A DNA stretch of 64,000 bases from a virus, in the IMG/VR virus record IMGVR_UViG_3300033553_000116, positions 32,001-96,000 of that record, one strand, 5' to 3'. The translations under genes and the position numbers were made by a program. Positions 36,823 to 46,094 of this stretch are shown in pieces. Below the pieces are notes generated by a model that saw only the letters and a program-made list of their open reading frames with translations, was not told where the DNA came from and did no database searches. Each line of letters begins with the position of its first letter. Position 1 is the first letter of the stretch.

Positions 36823-36965
36823 CTAAAAGTACTTTTGGGGAGACTATATATTCTGTTCAAAAAGGGGGGTTTTACATTTTCAGGCTACAGGCTAGTTTTT
36901 AAAAAATAAGAATAACAATAGAAAAAATAAACTACACTAACTTACCAAATATTGGAGTTTTTTTA

Positions 36966-39227
36966 ATGGTACAAAAAGTAACAAAGCGTGATGGCTCGCT
37001 AGAAGCCATCGACCTAGATAAGATACACAGAGTTATTACTTGGGCAGCCGAAGGTTTAGAAAACGTTTCAGTTTCAGCAGTAGAATTAAGTTCACATATT
37101 CAGTTTTACCCAGAGATGACAACATCAGATATCCATGAGACACTCACTAAGTCTGCAGCGGATCTAATCTCTGAAAAAGTACCTGATTACCAACACCTAG
37201 CAGCACGCCTAGCTATATTCCATTTACGTAAAAGAGCCTACGGGTTGTTTACACCTCCATCATTGTTTGAACATGTTAACAAGATGACTAATGCCGGGTT
37301 ATATGACTCACAGATTATGGAAGACTTCACAAAGTCTGACATGGCTGAACTAGATGCATACATTGATCATGATCGTGATATGAACTTTAGTTACGCTGCG
37401 GTTAAGCAACTGGAAGGTAAGTACTTAGTACAAAACCGAGTTAGTGGTAAGATATATGAGTCTCCTCAATTTATCTATATGCTGATCCCTATGTGCCTCT
37501 TTGCACATTACCCGGCCAATACACGTTTAGGATATATTAAGCGCTTCTATGATGCTTCCTCGTTGTTTAAACTATCTTTACCGACGCCTATCATGTCTGG
37601 TGTACGTACTCCAACTAGACAGTTCAGTTCTTGTGTATTAATTGAAGGCGATGATTCATTAGATTCAATCAACGCTACATCCTCCGCTATCATTAAGTAT
37701 GTTTCTCAACGAGCAGGCATTGGTGTTAACGTAGGTCGCATTCGTGCATTGGGTAGTCACATTCGTGGAGGTGAAGCTTATCACACAGGAATGATTCCAT
37801 TCATTAAACATTTCCAGACAGCGGTTAAGTCATGTAGTCAGGGTGGAGTTCGTGGGGGTGCTGCAACACTATTCTTCCCTATGTGGCATTTAGAAATTGA
37901 ATCTCTAATCGTTCTTAAGAACAACCGTGGTGTTGAAGAGAATCGTGCACGTCACTTAGACTATGCTGTACAGTTTAATAAGCTGATGTATACTAGAATG
38001 ATTAAGGGTGAGAACATTACCTTATTCAGTCCTTCTGATGTACCTGGTCTATACGAGGCATTCTTTGCTGATCAAGATGAGTTTGAAAGACTATACAGAA
38101 TCTATGAAGCAGATCCAAAGATTCGTAAGAAGTCTGTTAAGTCAATCGATCTATTTACTAACATTGCACAAGAGCGAGCACAGACTGGACGTATCTACGT
38201 ACAGAACGTTGACCATTGTAATACACATAGCCCGTTTAACCCATCTAAGGCTCCAGTACGTCAATCTAACTTGTGTCTTGAGATTGCATTACCAACTGCA
38301 CCAATGAAGGAGCATGATGATCCAGAAGGCGAAATCGCATTATGTACATTGTCTGCATTTAACTTAGGTGCTATGGAAAGCTTAGACGATCTAGCTGACT
38401 TATCAGACTTAGTTGTTCGTGCTCTAGATAGTCTATTAGATTACCAAGACTACCCAATGGAAGCAGCTCGACGCTCTAGTCAGGGTCGTAGAACATTAGG
38501 TGTAGGTATAACTAACTTAGCGTACTACTTAGCTAAGAATGGTGTTAGGTATTCTGATGGTTCTGCTAATGGTTTAGTACATCGTACTATGGAAGCTATC
38601 CAATATAACTTATTGGTTGCATCTAAGAACCTAGCAATTGAGTTAGGTCGTTGTGATTACTATGACGATACTACTTATGCAGATGGGTTATTACCTATCG
38701 ATACTTATAAGCGTGATTTAGATGCTGTTTGTAATGAGCCATTGCACTTTGATTGGGAGGCGTTACGTGGTGAGATAGCTACACACGGTTTACGTAACTC
38801 TACATTAACTGCATTGATGCCTTGTGAGACTTCTTCACAGATTACTAACTCTACTAATGGTATTGAACCACCACGTGGGTTTGTTACTATTAAGGCTTCT
38901 AAGGATGGACTATTGAAACAGGTTGTACCTGAGTTCAAACGTCTTCGTGGTCAATATGAACTACTATGGAACATTCCTGATAATAAAGGATATATACAGT
39001 TAGTAGGTATAATGCAGAAGTTTACCGATCAGGCAATTTCCGCTAATACCAATTACGACCCTGTACGTTTCGCAGAAGAAAAGGTACCTATTAAACTCGT
39101 ACTCCAGGACATGCTGTATGCGTATAAGCTTGGACTGAAGACATTGTATTACCATAACACCCGAGATGGCGCTGGTAGCGATGAAGAGGAAGATGACGGA
39201 TGTGCCGGTGGTGCATGTAAGTTATAA
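36966..39227 (+). CDS. nrdA: class Ia ribonucleotide reductase alpha subunit
   Basis: ATP cone VTKRDG, TPIM, FSSCVL, QSNLCLEI, ALCTL, KTLYY, C-terminal CAGGACKL. Confidence 0.98.
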   Translation: MVQKVTKRDGSLEAIDLDKIHRVITWAAEGLENVSVSAVELSSHIQFYPEMTTSDIHETLTKSAADLISEKVPDYQHLAARLAIFHLRKRAYGLFTPPSLFEHVNKMTNAGLYDSQIMEDFTKSDMAELDAYIDHDRDMNFSYAAVKQLEGKYLVQNRVSGKIYESPQFIYMLIPMCLFAHYPANTRLGYIKRFYDASSLFKLSLPTPIMSGVRTPTRQFSSCVLIEGDDSLDSINATSSAIIKYVSQRAGIGVNVGRIRALGSHIRGGEAYHTGMIPFIKHFQTAVKSCSQGGVRGGAATLFFPMWHLEIESLIVLKNNRGVEENRARHLDYAVQFNKLMYTRMIKGENITLFSPSDVPGLYEAFFADQDEFERLYRIYEADPKIRKKSVKSIDLFTNIAQERAQTGRIYVQNVDHCNTHSPFNPSKAPVRQSNLCLEIALPTAPMKEHDDPEGEIALCTLSAFNLGAMESLDDLADLSDLVVRALDSLLDYQDYPMEAARRSSQGRRTLGVGITNLAYYLAKNGVRYSDGSANGLVHRTMEAIQYNLLVASKNLAIELGRCDYYDDTTYADGLLPIDTYKRDLDAVCNEPLHFDWEALRGEIATHGLRNSTLTALMPCETSSQITNSTNGIEPPRGFVTIKASKDGLLKQVVPEFKRLRGQYELLWNIPDNKGYIQLVGIMQKFTDQAISANTNYDPVRFAEEKVPIKLVLQDMLYAYKLGLKTLYYHNTRDGAGSDEEEDDGCAGGACKL

Positions 39228-39236
39228 TTAAGTAAT

Positions 39237-39270
39237 GGGTGGAGTGATTCGTCACTCCTCCTTTATGCCC
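39237..39270 (+). terminator. hairpin/terminator
   Basis: GGAGTGA-TTCG-TCACTCC followed by TTTATGC. Confidence 0.7.
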
Positions 39271-39344
39271 CTAACAGTAAAAGAAAACATGAGTAAACTA
39301 TTTATTAGAGAGTGGTTTTAATTTCAAATGAAGAGAGAGTAGCA

Positions 39345-39620
39345 ATGAATGAAGAAAAAGTAGTAATGGCGGAAGAAGGTAAAAATAGTGAATTAAGTGA
39401 TGCGGTGTCACCACTTTTCCGTAAGATCCAAAATATGACTGATGGACAAACAGCTGAATATCACTTAGGGTTTGTTGACGGCATTCGAGGAGTTAAGCGG
39501 ACGGATGCATTGAGAGGATATCGAGGAAAGACCTATTCGGCACTCTATCAATTTAAAAAGGGTTATAAAGCCGGTACCACCCAACATAGTACATTGAGTG
39601 CTTTGGTAGGAAACCAGTAA
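39345..39620 (+). CDS. hypothetical protein with Rmf-like Y..G..DG...GY..G pattern
   Basis: ORF 39312-39620; start uncertain. Confidence 0.55.
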   Translation: MNEEKVVMAEEGKNSELSDAVSPLFRKIQNMTDGQTAEYHLGFVDGIRGVKRTDALRGYRGKTYSALYQFKKGYKAGTTQHSTLSALVGNQ

Positions 39621-39629
39621 ATAAAAAAA

Positions 39630-39667
39630 GCATAAAAAGACTCACCCATTGCGGGTGAGTCTATGCC
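39630..39667 (+). terminator. hairpin/terminator
   Basis: GCATAAAA-AGACTCACCC-ATTGC-GGGTGAGTCT-ATGC. Confidence 0.75.
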
Positions 39668-39740
39668 ATTAAAAACATTGTAAAATAAAGGAGTAATAAA
39701 ATGTTCTATAACATGTTATTATTTATTGGAGTTTATTTCA

Positions 39741-39752
39741 CACCTATATTAC
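39741..39752 (+). promoter_or_regulatory. phiKZ-type early promoter (TATTAC)
   Basis: CACCTATATTAC-TAATATG. Confidence 0.7.
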
Positions 39753-39785
39753 TAATATGAATAATAATCCTACTGGAATTTACCT

Positions 39786-39992
39786 ATGTGGCATTCAGAA
39801 ACACGAGAGCGCGGTATTACTATAGAAGGACTATCGCCGTATAACCCTAATAAACTTATGAGGTTTAGACTCACTAAACTACAAGCATATATGGTATCTG
39901 TTAAAACCAATGTAACCAATCCACAAACTGGCGGCCACTATGGTAGACATGCACCATTGCCCCCACTACCATTAAAAGTATATGGTATTTAG
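39786..39992 (+). CDS. small hypothetical early protein
   Basis: 68 aa directly after an early promoter. Confidence 0.5.
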   Translation: MWHSETRERGITIEGLSPYNPNKLMRFRLTKLQAYMVSVKTNVTNPQTGGHYGRHAPLPPLPLKVYGI

Positions 39993-40022
39993 AATGAATC
40001 AGTAATTAAGGATAAAAATTAA

Positions 40023-40964
40023 ATGACAGTCCCACACATAAAAACCGTACCTAAAGCAGATACATCAGCGCTTGATAAAATAGATAAGATTTTATATAGT
40101 AGACTAATAGAGCAAGCACAGAGTCCTAGAGATACTGATGAACTCACATTAATAAAGCCTACGGTTAGACAGCCGATAGTACATTTGGACGGTGCAGTAA
40201 AGGAAATAGACACCCTAGTTATACATGCAGGTAAGAAAATTACCAGTATTAAACTATGGCCACAGCTATTCATTCAGCACAGTAGTGGCGATACAATAGA
40301 AAGCTATGTAGTTCCAGCTGATGGGTCATTATTATTCGGCACTGTATTAAGTTTCGATGCAGCAATGGAAACCATTGTTACACTTTGCTTTATTGATGCT
40401 GATTACCCTCAGAAGAGAGTACTTAGAGTCTGGGAAGTAATAGATGGTGTAATTACCCTTATGACTGAATTGAAGCCACCAACAGTTAATGACTTTTCAT
40501 TAAGAACAGATCTACATCAAGGACCTGGTAAGATAGCTACCTTATTCAATAAGTTATTTAAACGATCACTTAATGTATCTGTTAAAAAGGCTACCATGAG
40601 TAAAAATGGTACAGGACTTGTAGTGGCTGCTTTTCTATCAGGTGGCAAGAATGGCGTAGGTGAGTATATAGTTTACTCCTATGACTTAACGGCGTATAAG
40701 CGATCTAGAGCAATGCCGCTAAATAACCAGGCATCTATTATCGGGTACTATGACATACCAGATATGGCAATATCAGATAATGGCGATACGACAATAGTTT
40801 TAAATGATACAGATGTCATAGTAGGTATCACTGGTTCCGGTGACAGATTCTGGGATTGGCATGCTTATTGTAACAGGGATGGTGTTGAAATTACATCGTT
40901 TTATTTAGACTACCCTAACTCTACCTGGGAGACAATTATACAAAAGACTATTCCAGCACTATAA
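40023..40964 (+). CDS. hypothetical protein, partial beta-propeller-like
   Basis: 313 aa; repeated ..S.DG/NG..hh blade-like motifs. Confidence 0.7.
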   Translation: MTVPHIKTVPKADTSALDKIDKILYSRLIEQAQSPRDTDELTLIKPTVRQPIVHLDGAVKEIDTLVIHAGKKITSIKLWPQLFIQHSSGDTIESYVVPADGSLLFGTVLSFDAAMETIVTLCFIDADYPQKRVLRVWEVIDGVITLMTELKPPTVNDFSLRTDLHQGPGKIATLFNKLFKRSLNVSVKKATMSKNGTGLVVAAFLSGGKNGVGEYIVYSYDLTAYKRSRAMPLNNQASIIGYYDIPDMAISDNGDTTIVLNDTDVIVGITGSGDRFWDWHAYCNRDGVEITSFYLDYPNSTWETIIQKTIPAL

Positions 40965-40985
40965 TTAAATATCAAAGGATCTAAA

Positions 40986-41060
40986 ATGACAGTTTTAAAC
41001 GATACAATGATTAAAGAACCATCAGTACATACGACTAACTATATCGGGAGTTTTATCTAA
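40986..41060 (+). pseudogene. 24-aa mini-ORF resembling a dCTP deaminase N-terminus
   Basis: AAGGA SD; MTVLNDTMIKEPSVHTTNYIGSFI*; TAATG-coupled to the next gene. Confidence 0.45.
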
Positions 41061-41998
41061 TGAAAAAGTTAATAGAATTAAACGTTACTGCTAAGGTAAA
41101 GTTACTTAATGGTAAGTTAGGTATTACTACTGTAAATTTAAAAGCAGCTCGTAAGTATTTGGTAGGTGAGAGAACTACAGCAAAGGGGTATAAGAAATTA
41201 GCTGAAGAGACACTAGCCATTAAAATGGCTGAGTCTTATCCTAAGGTTATGTCCTATACCTTGACAGGCATACGGTACAAGATTTTAAATGGGGTCCCTA
41301 AAGTTCGTAGGAGAAGTGTACCACTATGGATTAAAGATTGTCGAACAGGAGCGGTAGTTAAATATGATCGCATTGGAGATGCGGCACTGGCCATTGGTAT
41401 GAAGAAGGACACATTATCAGGCGGTGTTTCAGTTGCTACCAAAACAATAAGACAATCAAAATTTAGTAAATATTACGAAGTTTCCCTAAATGGTGTAGAT
41501 TTTACATGCTCTGAAAATCCTGTTTTATTAAATGATTCTTTAGGTATATTGCGTACAAATCCAAATGGCGGCAAAAAGAAACCAATAACTGTAGTTACTT
41601 TAATAACTAAGGAAGTTACAGAGTACTCATCAATCTTATCTGCCAGCAAAGCATTAAAGATAGATATGTCCGTCATTACTAGACTGGCTTCAAATGTAGC
41701 TATTAATAGACATAATTCTAATGGTAAGTCTGCCTTTTGGTACACTGAAGAATATATCCCAGGTGAGTCAGTTGCTAAAATTAAACGAAAGCGTGACTTC
41801 ATGAGTATTCGTATAGAGGCAATATCGGTTACAGATGGTAAGAAAACTATTCACAACACCATAAACACTGTATTAGAAAAGGAACATATAACCTATGATA
41901 CATTTATTAGAAATCATTTAAATAGAGCCACACCTCTCAACGGTTTCTTATTTAGAACGTTGGGGTCAAGTTGTGAAATACCTAGCTTAGCAGCTTAA
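41060..41998 (+). CDS. NUMOD1 (homing-endonuclease HTH) repeat protein, no recognisable nuclease domain
   Basis: Three units: KDCRTG..VKYDRIGDAALAIG; TLITKEVTEYSSILSASKALKI; SVTDGKKTIHNTINTV. Confidence 0.7.
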   Translation: MKKLIELNVTAKVKLLNGKLGITTVNLKAARKYLVGERTTAKGYKKLAEETLAIKMAESYPKVMSYTLTGIRYKILNGVPKVRRRSVPLWIKDCRTGAVVKYDRIGDAALAIGMKKDTLSGGVSVATKTIRQSKFSKYYEVSLNGVDFTCSENPVLLNDSLGILRTNPNGGKKKPITVVTLITKEVTEYSSILSASKALKIDMSVITRLASNVAINRHNSNGKSAFWYTEEYIPGESVAKIKRKRDFMSIRIEAISVTDGKKTIHNTINTVLEKEHITYDTFIRNHLNRATPLNGFLFRTLGSSCEIPSLAA

Positions 41999-42021
41999 AT
42001 AAACAAATAAAGGATATTCGG

Positions 42022-42297
42022 ATGGAAACTAAAAATAGTAAACCCTCGAACATTATTAATTGGGTTATTGTTAAATCGGAAAATGATTTAAATCTACCAC
42101 CAGAAACACCTTTGATATTGAAACTACATGAGAGAGAGCTGCCTGTAATAGTGACAACTGTATGGGAGCATTGCAACCCTATGATTGAACCATACTACCC
42201 GGATTATTTAGTGTTTGTAGATGGTGACGGGGAATATTTAGAAATAGAATACCACGATATTGAACAATGGGCTAAGCTACCACAACTAAAGGAATAA
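42022..42297 (+). CDS. hypothetical protein
   Basis: 91 aa, AAGGA SD. Confidence 0.7.
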   Translation: METKNSKPSNIINWVIVKSENDLNLPPETPLILKLHERELPVIVTTVWEHCNPMIEPYYPDYLVFVDGDGEYLEIEYHDIEQWAKLPQLKE

Positions 42298-42302
42298 TTA
42301 AA

Positions 42303-42995
42303 ATGACAATATTACACGATAAGGCAATTGAGGCCTTATGTACACCAGTAGATGACCTAACTCGCTTTAAGTACCAGAAAATAACACTCTTGGAAAAGCA
42401 AGGACTAGTATCCACATATAAGGTTGATGATGAGATCATGGGTAATGATAAACCAATGATTAGTCCTTTCGTTGCTGAGTTGGTACGTAAAGACTCTACA
42501 GGAGCTAAGTTAATTTCATACGGACTTTCTTCAATGGGTTACGATGTACGTCTATCCAATGATGTCAAGATTTTCACTAACGCAAACTCTACAGTTATCG
42601 ACCCTATGGTCCATGATGACAATAACTTTGTACAGGCAGAAATTAAGAAGACTGATATTGGTTTGGACTACTTTATAATTCCACCTAACTCATATGCACT
42701 AGGTCATACACTAGAAACATTCTCTGTACCACGAGATGTGATCATTCTTTGTTTGGGTAAATCTACATATGCGCGTGCAGGGGCCATTATTAATACTACT
42801 CCTATTGAACCTGGGTTTGAAGGTCAAGTCGTTATTGAGATTGCAAATGGCACACCATCACCAATGCGTGTCTATACAGAAGGTGGGATTGCACAGTTTG
42901 TATTCATGCGTGGCATGGAGCCATGTGAAGTAAGTTATGCTGACCGTGGTGGTAAGTACCAAGGGCAAACTGGTCTAACTCATTCTAAGGTTTAA
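42303..42995 (+). CDS. dcd: dCTP deaminase
   Basis: ISYGLSSMGYDVRL, GKSTYARAG, TPIEPGFEG, SYADRGGKYQGQ. Confidence 0.97.
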   Translation: MTILHDKAIEALCTPVDDLTRFKYQKITLLEKQGLVSTYKVDDEIMGNDKPMISPFVAELVRKDSTGAKLISYGLSSMGYDVRLSNDVKIFTNANSTVIDPMVHDDNNFVQAEIKKTDIGLDYFIIPPNSYALGHTLETFSVPRDVIILCLGKSTYARAGAIINTTPIEPGFEGQVVIEIANGTPSPMRVYTEGGIAQFVFMRGMEPCEVSYADRGGKYQGQTGLTHSKV

Positions 42996-43009
42996 TTAAA
43001 GGGCGCAAT

Positions 43010-43378
43010 ATGAATGATAAATTTATTAACAGTCACTATGAGAGTGAGGATGATGTCTTTTTACACTTTGACATAGAAGCACTCAAGGTCAAGATAAGTG
43101 ATGCTGAAAAGCAGATAAAGGATTTAGAATCTGGAGTTGAATCACTATTAACTCCATTAATTATTTTATTAATGTTAACAATTTATTTATCTATTGTGGC
43201 GTTCTATAAAGGTGATCCTATTACAGGCATAGGTGTAGTAATTACCGCATTGATGTCTTCGGAGGTACACTCTACTAGAAAAGAGAATGTTGAAAAAATA
43301 TCCAAAAATAAGGATAGGGTGAATGCCTATAAAAGAGAGTTAAATATTCTAATAGGTCTCGCATTCAATATATATTAG
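43010..43378 (+). CDS. two-TM membrane protein (paralog 1)
   Basis: Two hydrophobic helices flanked by coiled segments. Confidence 0.75.
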   Translation: MNDKFINSHYESEDDVFLHFDIEALKVKISDAEKQIKDLESGVESLLTPLIILLMLTIYLSIVAFYKGDPITGIGVVITALMSSEVHSTRKENVEKISKNKDRVNAYKRELNILIGLAFNIY

Positions 43379-43408
43379 TAAGTTTAATTTAATATAGGAG
43401 GCACCACC

Positions 43409-43759
43409 ATGGGTAAAATGAATGATATTGTAGATACTACTTACGCATTTAAAAAGAGTACTTATTGGACTAGACTTGTTCAATATGCATCACAGATTAC
43501 CGTAGCCAAACGGAAAAGAAATATATGGGGTGTAATATTCCTATTATCGGTGGCTACTTATATTGGGTTAGGGTATGTAACTATAATCGCCCCCACTAGT
43601 ACTGAAGATTTATCTTGGTACATAATGGTGATACCTATTACGTTTGCCAGCTTAATACCAATACCTACACACCTCTATATGCAGAATGTAATGAGGATTA
43701 GGAGATTGCAGGCCAATGTTAGATGGACGGAAAATGCCATTAGGGATTTTGATCTATAA
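43409..43759 (+). CDS. two-TM membrane protein (paralog 2)
   Basis: GGAGG SD; two hydrophobic helices. Confidence 0.75.
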   Translation: MGKMNDIVDTTYAFKKSTYWTRLVQYASQITVAKRKRNIWGVIFLLSVATYIGLGYVTIIAPTSTEDLSWYIMVIPITFASLIPIPTHLYMQNVMRIRRLQANVRWTENAIRDFDL

Positions 43760-43783
43760 ACCTACAGTAAGGAAATTAAAAAA

Positions 43784-44146
43784 ATGACCAAAGAAAAAGA
43801 TAGAATATTTTTAGAATTCGGTAGAGATGTTTTTGAAGAAGATTTGCAGAAAGTGCTAGAAAGACGTGAGGCATACATGCATACTCTAAAGCCATGGACT
43901 AAGGCTATGTATGGATATGTTATCCTTGCATTGTTTGTAGCTTATCTAATTTCACTGTATAGTGGTAGCGTAGCTGCAATCGTGGGGATACTATCAGTAG
44001 TACCATTGATGGTCATTATGAAAATATGGTTAGGTATCAGTGCTGACATCCATGGCACCTTCAGACAAACTGAAATTTTAATTAAGAGAGTAAAGTCTTA
44101 TCAGGACCAACTTGACATTCTAGATGAATTGGTTGTCAACGGATAA
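43784..44146 (+). CDS. two-TM membrane protein (paralog 3)
   Basis: IFLEF and RVKSYQDQLDIL resemble paralog 1. Confidence 0.75.
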   Translation: MTKEKDRIFLEFGRDVFEEDLQKVLERREAYMHTLKPWTKAMYGYVILALFVAYLISLYSGSVAAIVGILSVVPLMVIMKIWLGISADIHGTFRQTEILIKRVKSYQDQLDILDELVVNG

Positions 44147-44160
44147 TAAGGGGTATCGTT

Positions 44161-44448
44161 ATGACGTATAATAAAATAACTATAAATGGATCATTGAGTA
44201 ATTTTAAAAAGGATGATGTTATCTCTATGGAGTTATCTGAAACTTTTATGAGAGTGGACATGCATAAAGTTTTATTATCATTACTTTCACCTGATCAAGT
44301 TATCAAAGCGGGTACGTTTAGAGACCCTACCCAATTCCAATTAATCAAAACTGAAATACCGGTATTAAAATCGTTAGTAGAAGAAGCAATTAAAGAAAAG
44401 AATTATCCGATCATTAATTGGCCGGATTTATATTTTAAAGTACTGTAA
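44161..44448 (+). CDS. hypothetical protein
   Basis: 95 aa, AGGGG SD. Confidence 0.7.
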   Translation: MTYNKITINGSLSNFKKDDVISMELSETFMRVDMHKVLLSLLSPDQVIKAGTFRDPTQFQLIKTEIPVLKSLVEEAIKEKNYPIINWPDLYFKVL

Positions 44449-44467
44449 ATATTCTTAGGGGTAGATC

Positions 44468-44635
44468 ATGCAAAGGGACTATAATCAAAATAGACGTAGT
44501 GGATTAATAATGGGTTTACCTAAACCTAAACCACGTATTCCTGAGTCAGTCACTAGATGTGCTGGTGCTGTCGTTGTAATAGGGTTAGTTATTGGTATAC
44601 TAGTAGCTATGCAAAATTTAGAATATTTCATGTAA
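44468..44635 (+). CDS. 55-aa single-TM protein (below ORF track cutoff)
   Basis: AGGGG SD; MQRDYN...GAVVVIGLVIGILVAMQNLEYFM*; fills the operon gap. Confidence 0.65.
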   Translation: MQRDYNQNRRSGLIMGLPKPKPRIPESVTRCAGAVVVIGLVIGILVAMQNLEYFM

Positions 44636-44644
44636 AGGGGAACT

Positions 44645-45037
44645 ATGGGTTTCAATCTAGAAAATTTTATATATGCTGTACTAACTCTAGCGCTAGGGTT
44701 TTTAGTGTATAAGGGTATCCAGTGGATTAGATTCACGTCATACGCTGCAAAGAGAGGCGTACCGATAGGTATGTTTGATGAACTGTTTGAAGGATACACT
44801 GTGTTTATTATTAAACACGATGGTCGAAGAGCGGTACGGAATTTCACACCCTGTACTAATTCGGAAACATTTCTTCATTACCTAACAACCGTTAAAGCAA
44901 AATACATTATAGTTCAAGCTACCATTAGGTCTGGTGATAAGGTCTATAAGTTTGGAACTAATGCAGAAGACTTTGTTGTTAAATTGAAAATGAGCATAGC
45001 AGTCGACAACGTTGCAGAGGCAGTAGCTAATAAATAA
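44645..45037 (+). CDS. N-terminal TM hypothetical protein
   Basis: 130 aa, AAGGGG SD. Confidence 0.75.
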   Translation: MGFNLENFIYAVLTLALGFLVYKGIQWIRFTSYAAKRGVPIGMFDELFEGYTVFIIKHDGRRAVRNFTPCTNSETFLHYLTTVKAKYIIVQATIRSGDKVYKFGTNAEDFVVKLKMSIAVDNVAEAVANK

Positions 45038-45043
45038 AAGGAT

Positions 45044-45271
45044 ATGGTAATGAGTAAAACAGCACAGAGAAAGGTAACAGCATATAACCGTGGTCATAAG
45101 GAAGGACTTAAAGGACTTGATCGTAACATTTTTTATTCTAATCCTAAACAGAAATTCCGTGGACATGAATTCAGTCAGTGGAATGCTGGGTTCATGGAAG
45201 GTCAGCGCGAACACCGTGAACGAGTTAGAGCTGGTGAAATCCCTGCAGTAATTGCTTGGGAAGATTTGTAA
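45044..45271 (+). CDS. ribosome modulation factor (Rmf)-like protein
   Basis: AYNRGHKEGLKG...SQWNAGFMEG parallels E. coli Rmf AHQRGYQAGIAG...SQWLGGWREA. Confidence 0.6.
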   Translation: MVMSKTAQRKVTAYNRGHKEGLKGLDRNIFYSNPKQKFRGHEFSQWNAGFMEGQREHRERVRAGEIPAVIAWEDL

Positions 45272-45295
45272 ATAAATATCAATGGAGCAGTAAAA

Positions 45296-45562
45296 ATGAC
45301 AAATGGTTACCCCACTAGTAAATCAACAAAAGTAGTAAATGATGCTAGCAAGTACGTTAAGATAGTAAATGATTTAGGGGTACATGAATTAAGTGACAGC
45401 CTTGGCATTACTGTTGCCTGCTATGATAGTCCTGAGACCGCAGCTAAGTGGTTAGATGACTTGCAGAATAAATTAGCATTACTACCGGTAACACCAGAGA
45501 CGATACAGGCTAGTAATAGACTTTACGAAATCTACCGGGTAATGACCGATAATACTTTATAG
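45296..45562 (+). CDS. hypothetical protein
   Basis: 88 aa, GGAG SD. Confidence 0.7.
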   Translation: MTNGYPTSKSTKVVNDASKYVKIVNDLGVHELSDSLGITVACYDSPETAAKWLDDLQNKLALLPVTPETIQASNRLYEIYRVMTDNTL

Positions 45563-45577
45563 GAAATATTAGAGACT

Positions 45578-46081
45578 ATGGCTGTAAAGAAAAATAAACC
45601 CAAAGTACTGAGGCCTGCAAGTAAAATATACTACTTAGCAATCCAAGAAGATCCCACATCTAATAAGATGGATATTAAATCATTTATCAAGGGTTCTAGA
45701 ATGGGAGTTCTTAATAAACGATTCGAATTAGATCTTGATGAAATGAGAACTCTATGGCAATTCGCCATTGTCTCATATGGGGAAAATGATGAAGGTTTGT
45801 ATAAGGACTTTACCTTCGCTAGAACCAGAACACCTGTTAGTAAATCAAATATTGATATCGGTAAACTAGTAGCCAATATTGTTAAAATGACCGCAGATCC
45901 CTTTGAAGATAACGAGATATTTGCTAGAGGCTATATCCTTTCTCCAGCAAATAAGGAAATGAAACTACCTGAACTTTTAGCACTCAGGCAGGATCAGTTA
46001 GCATTAACAGTACATGACTTAGAAAGCCTTAAAGATGTCAATGGTATCGAGCCATCTGTATTTGAATTTGAATTAGAATAA
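45578..46081 (+). CDS. hypothetical protein
   Basis: 167 aa. Confidence 0.75.
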   Translation: MAVKKNKPKVLRPASKIYYLAIQEDPTSNKMDIKSFIKGSRMGVLNKRFELDLDEMRTLWQFAIVSYGENDEGLYKDFTFARTRTPVSKSNIDIGKLVANIVKMTADPFEDNEIFARGYILSPANKEMKLPELLALRQDQLALTVHDLESLKDVNGIEPSVFEFELE

Positions 46082-46094
46082 TGTAGGTATATAG

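Noticed and set aside
39234-39244. AATGGGTGGAG after nrdA is complementary to the conserved 3' tail of the duplicated RNA motif
   Set aside because: Only 10-11 nt and found post hoc; cannot be distinguished from chance.
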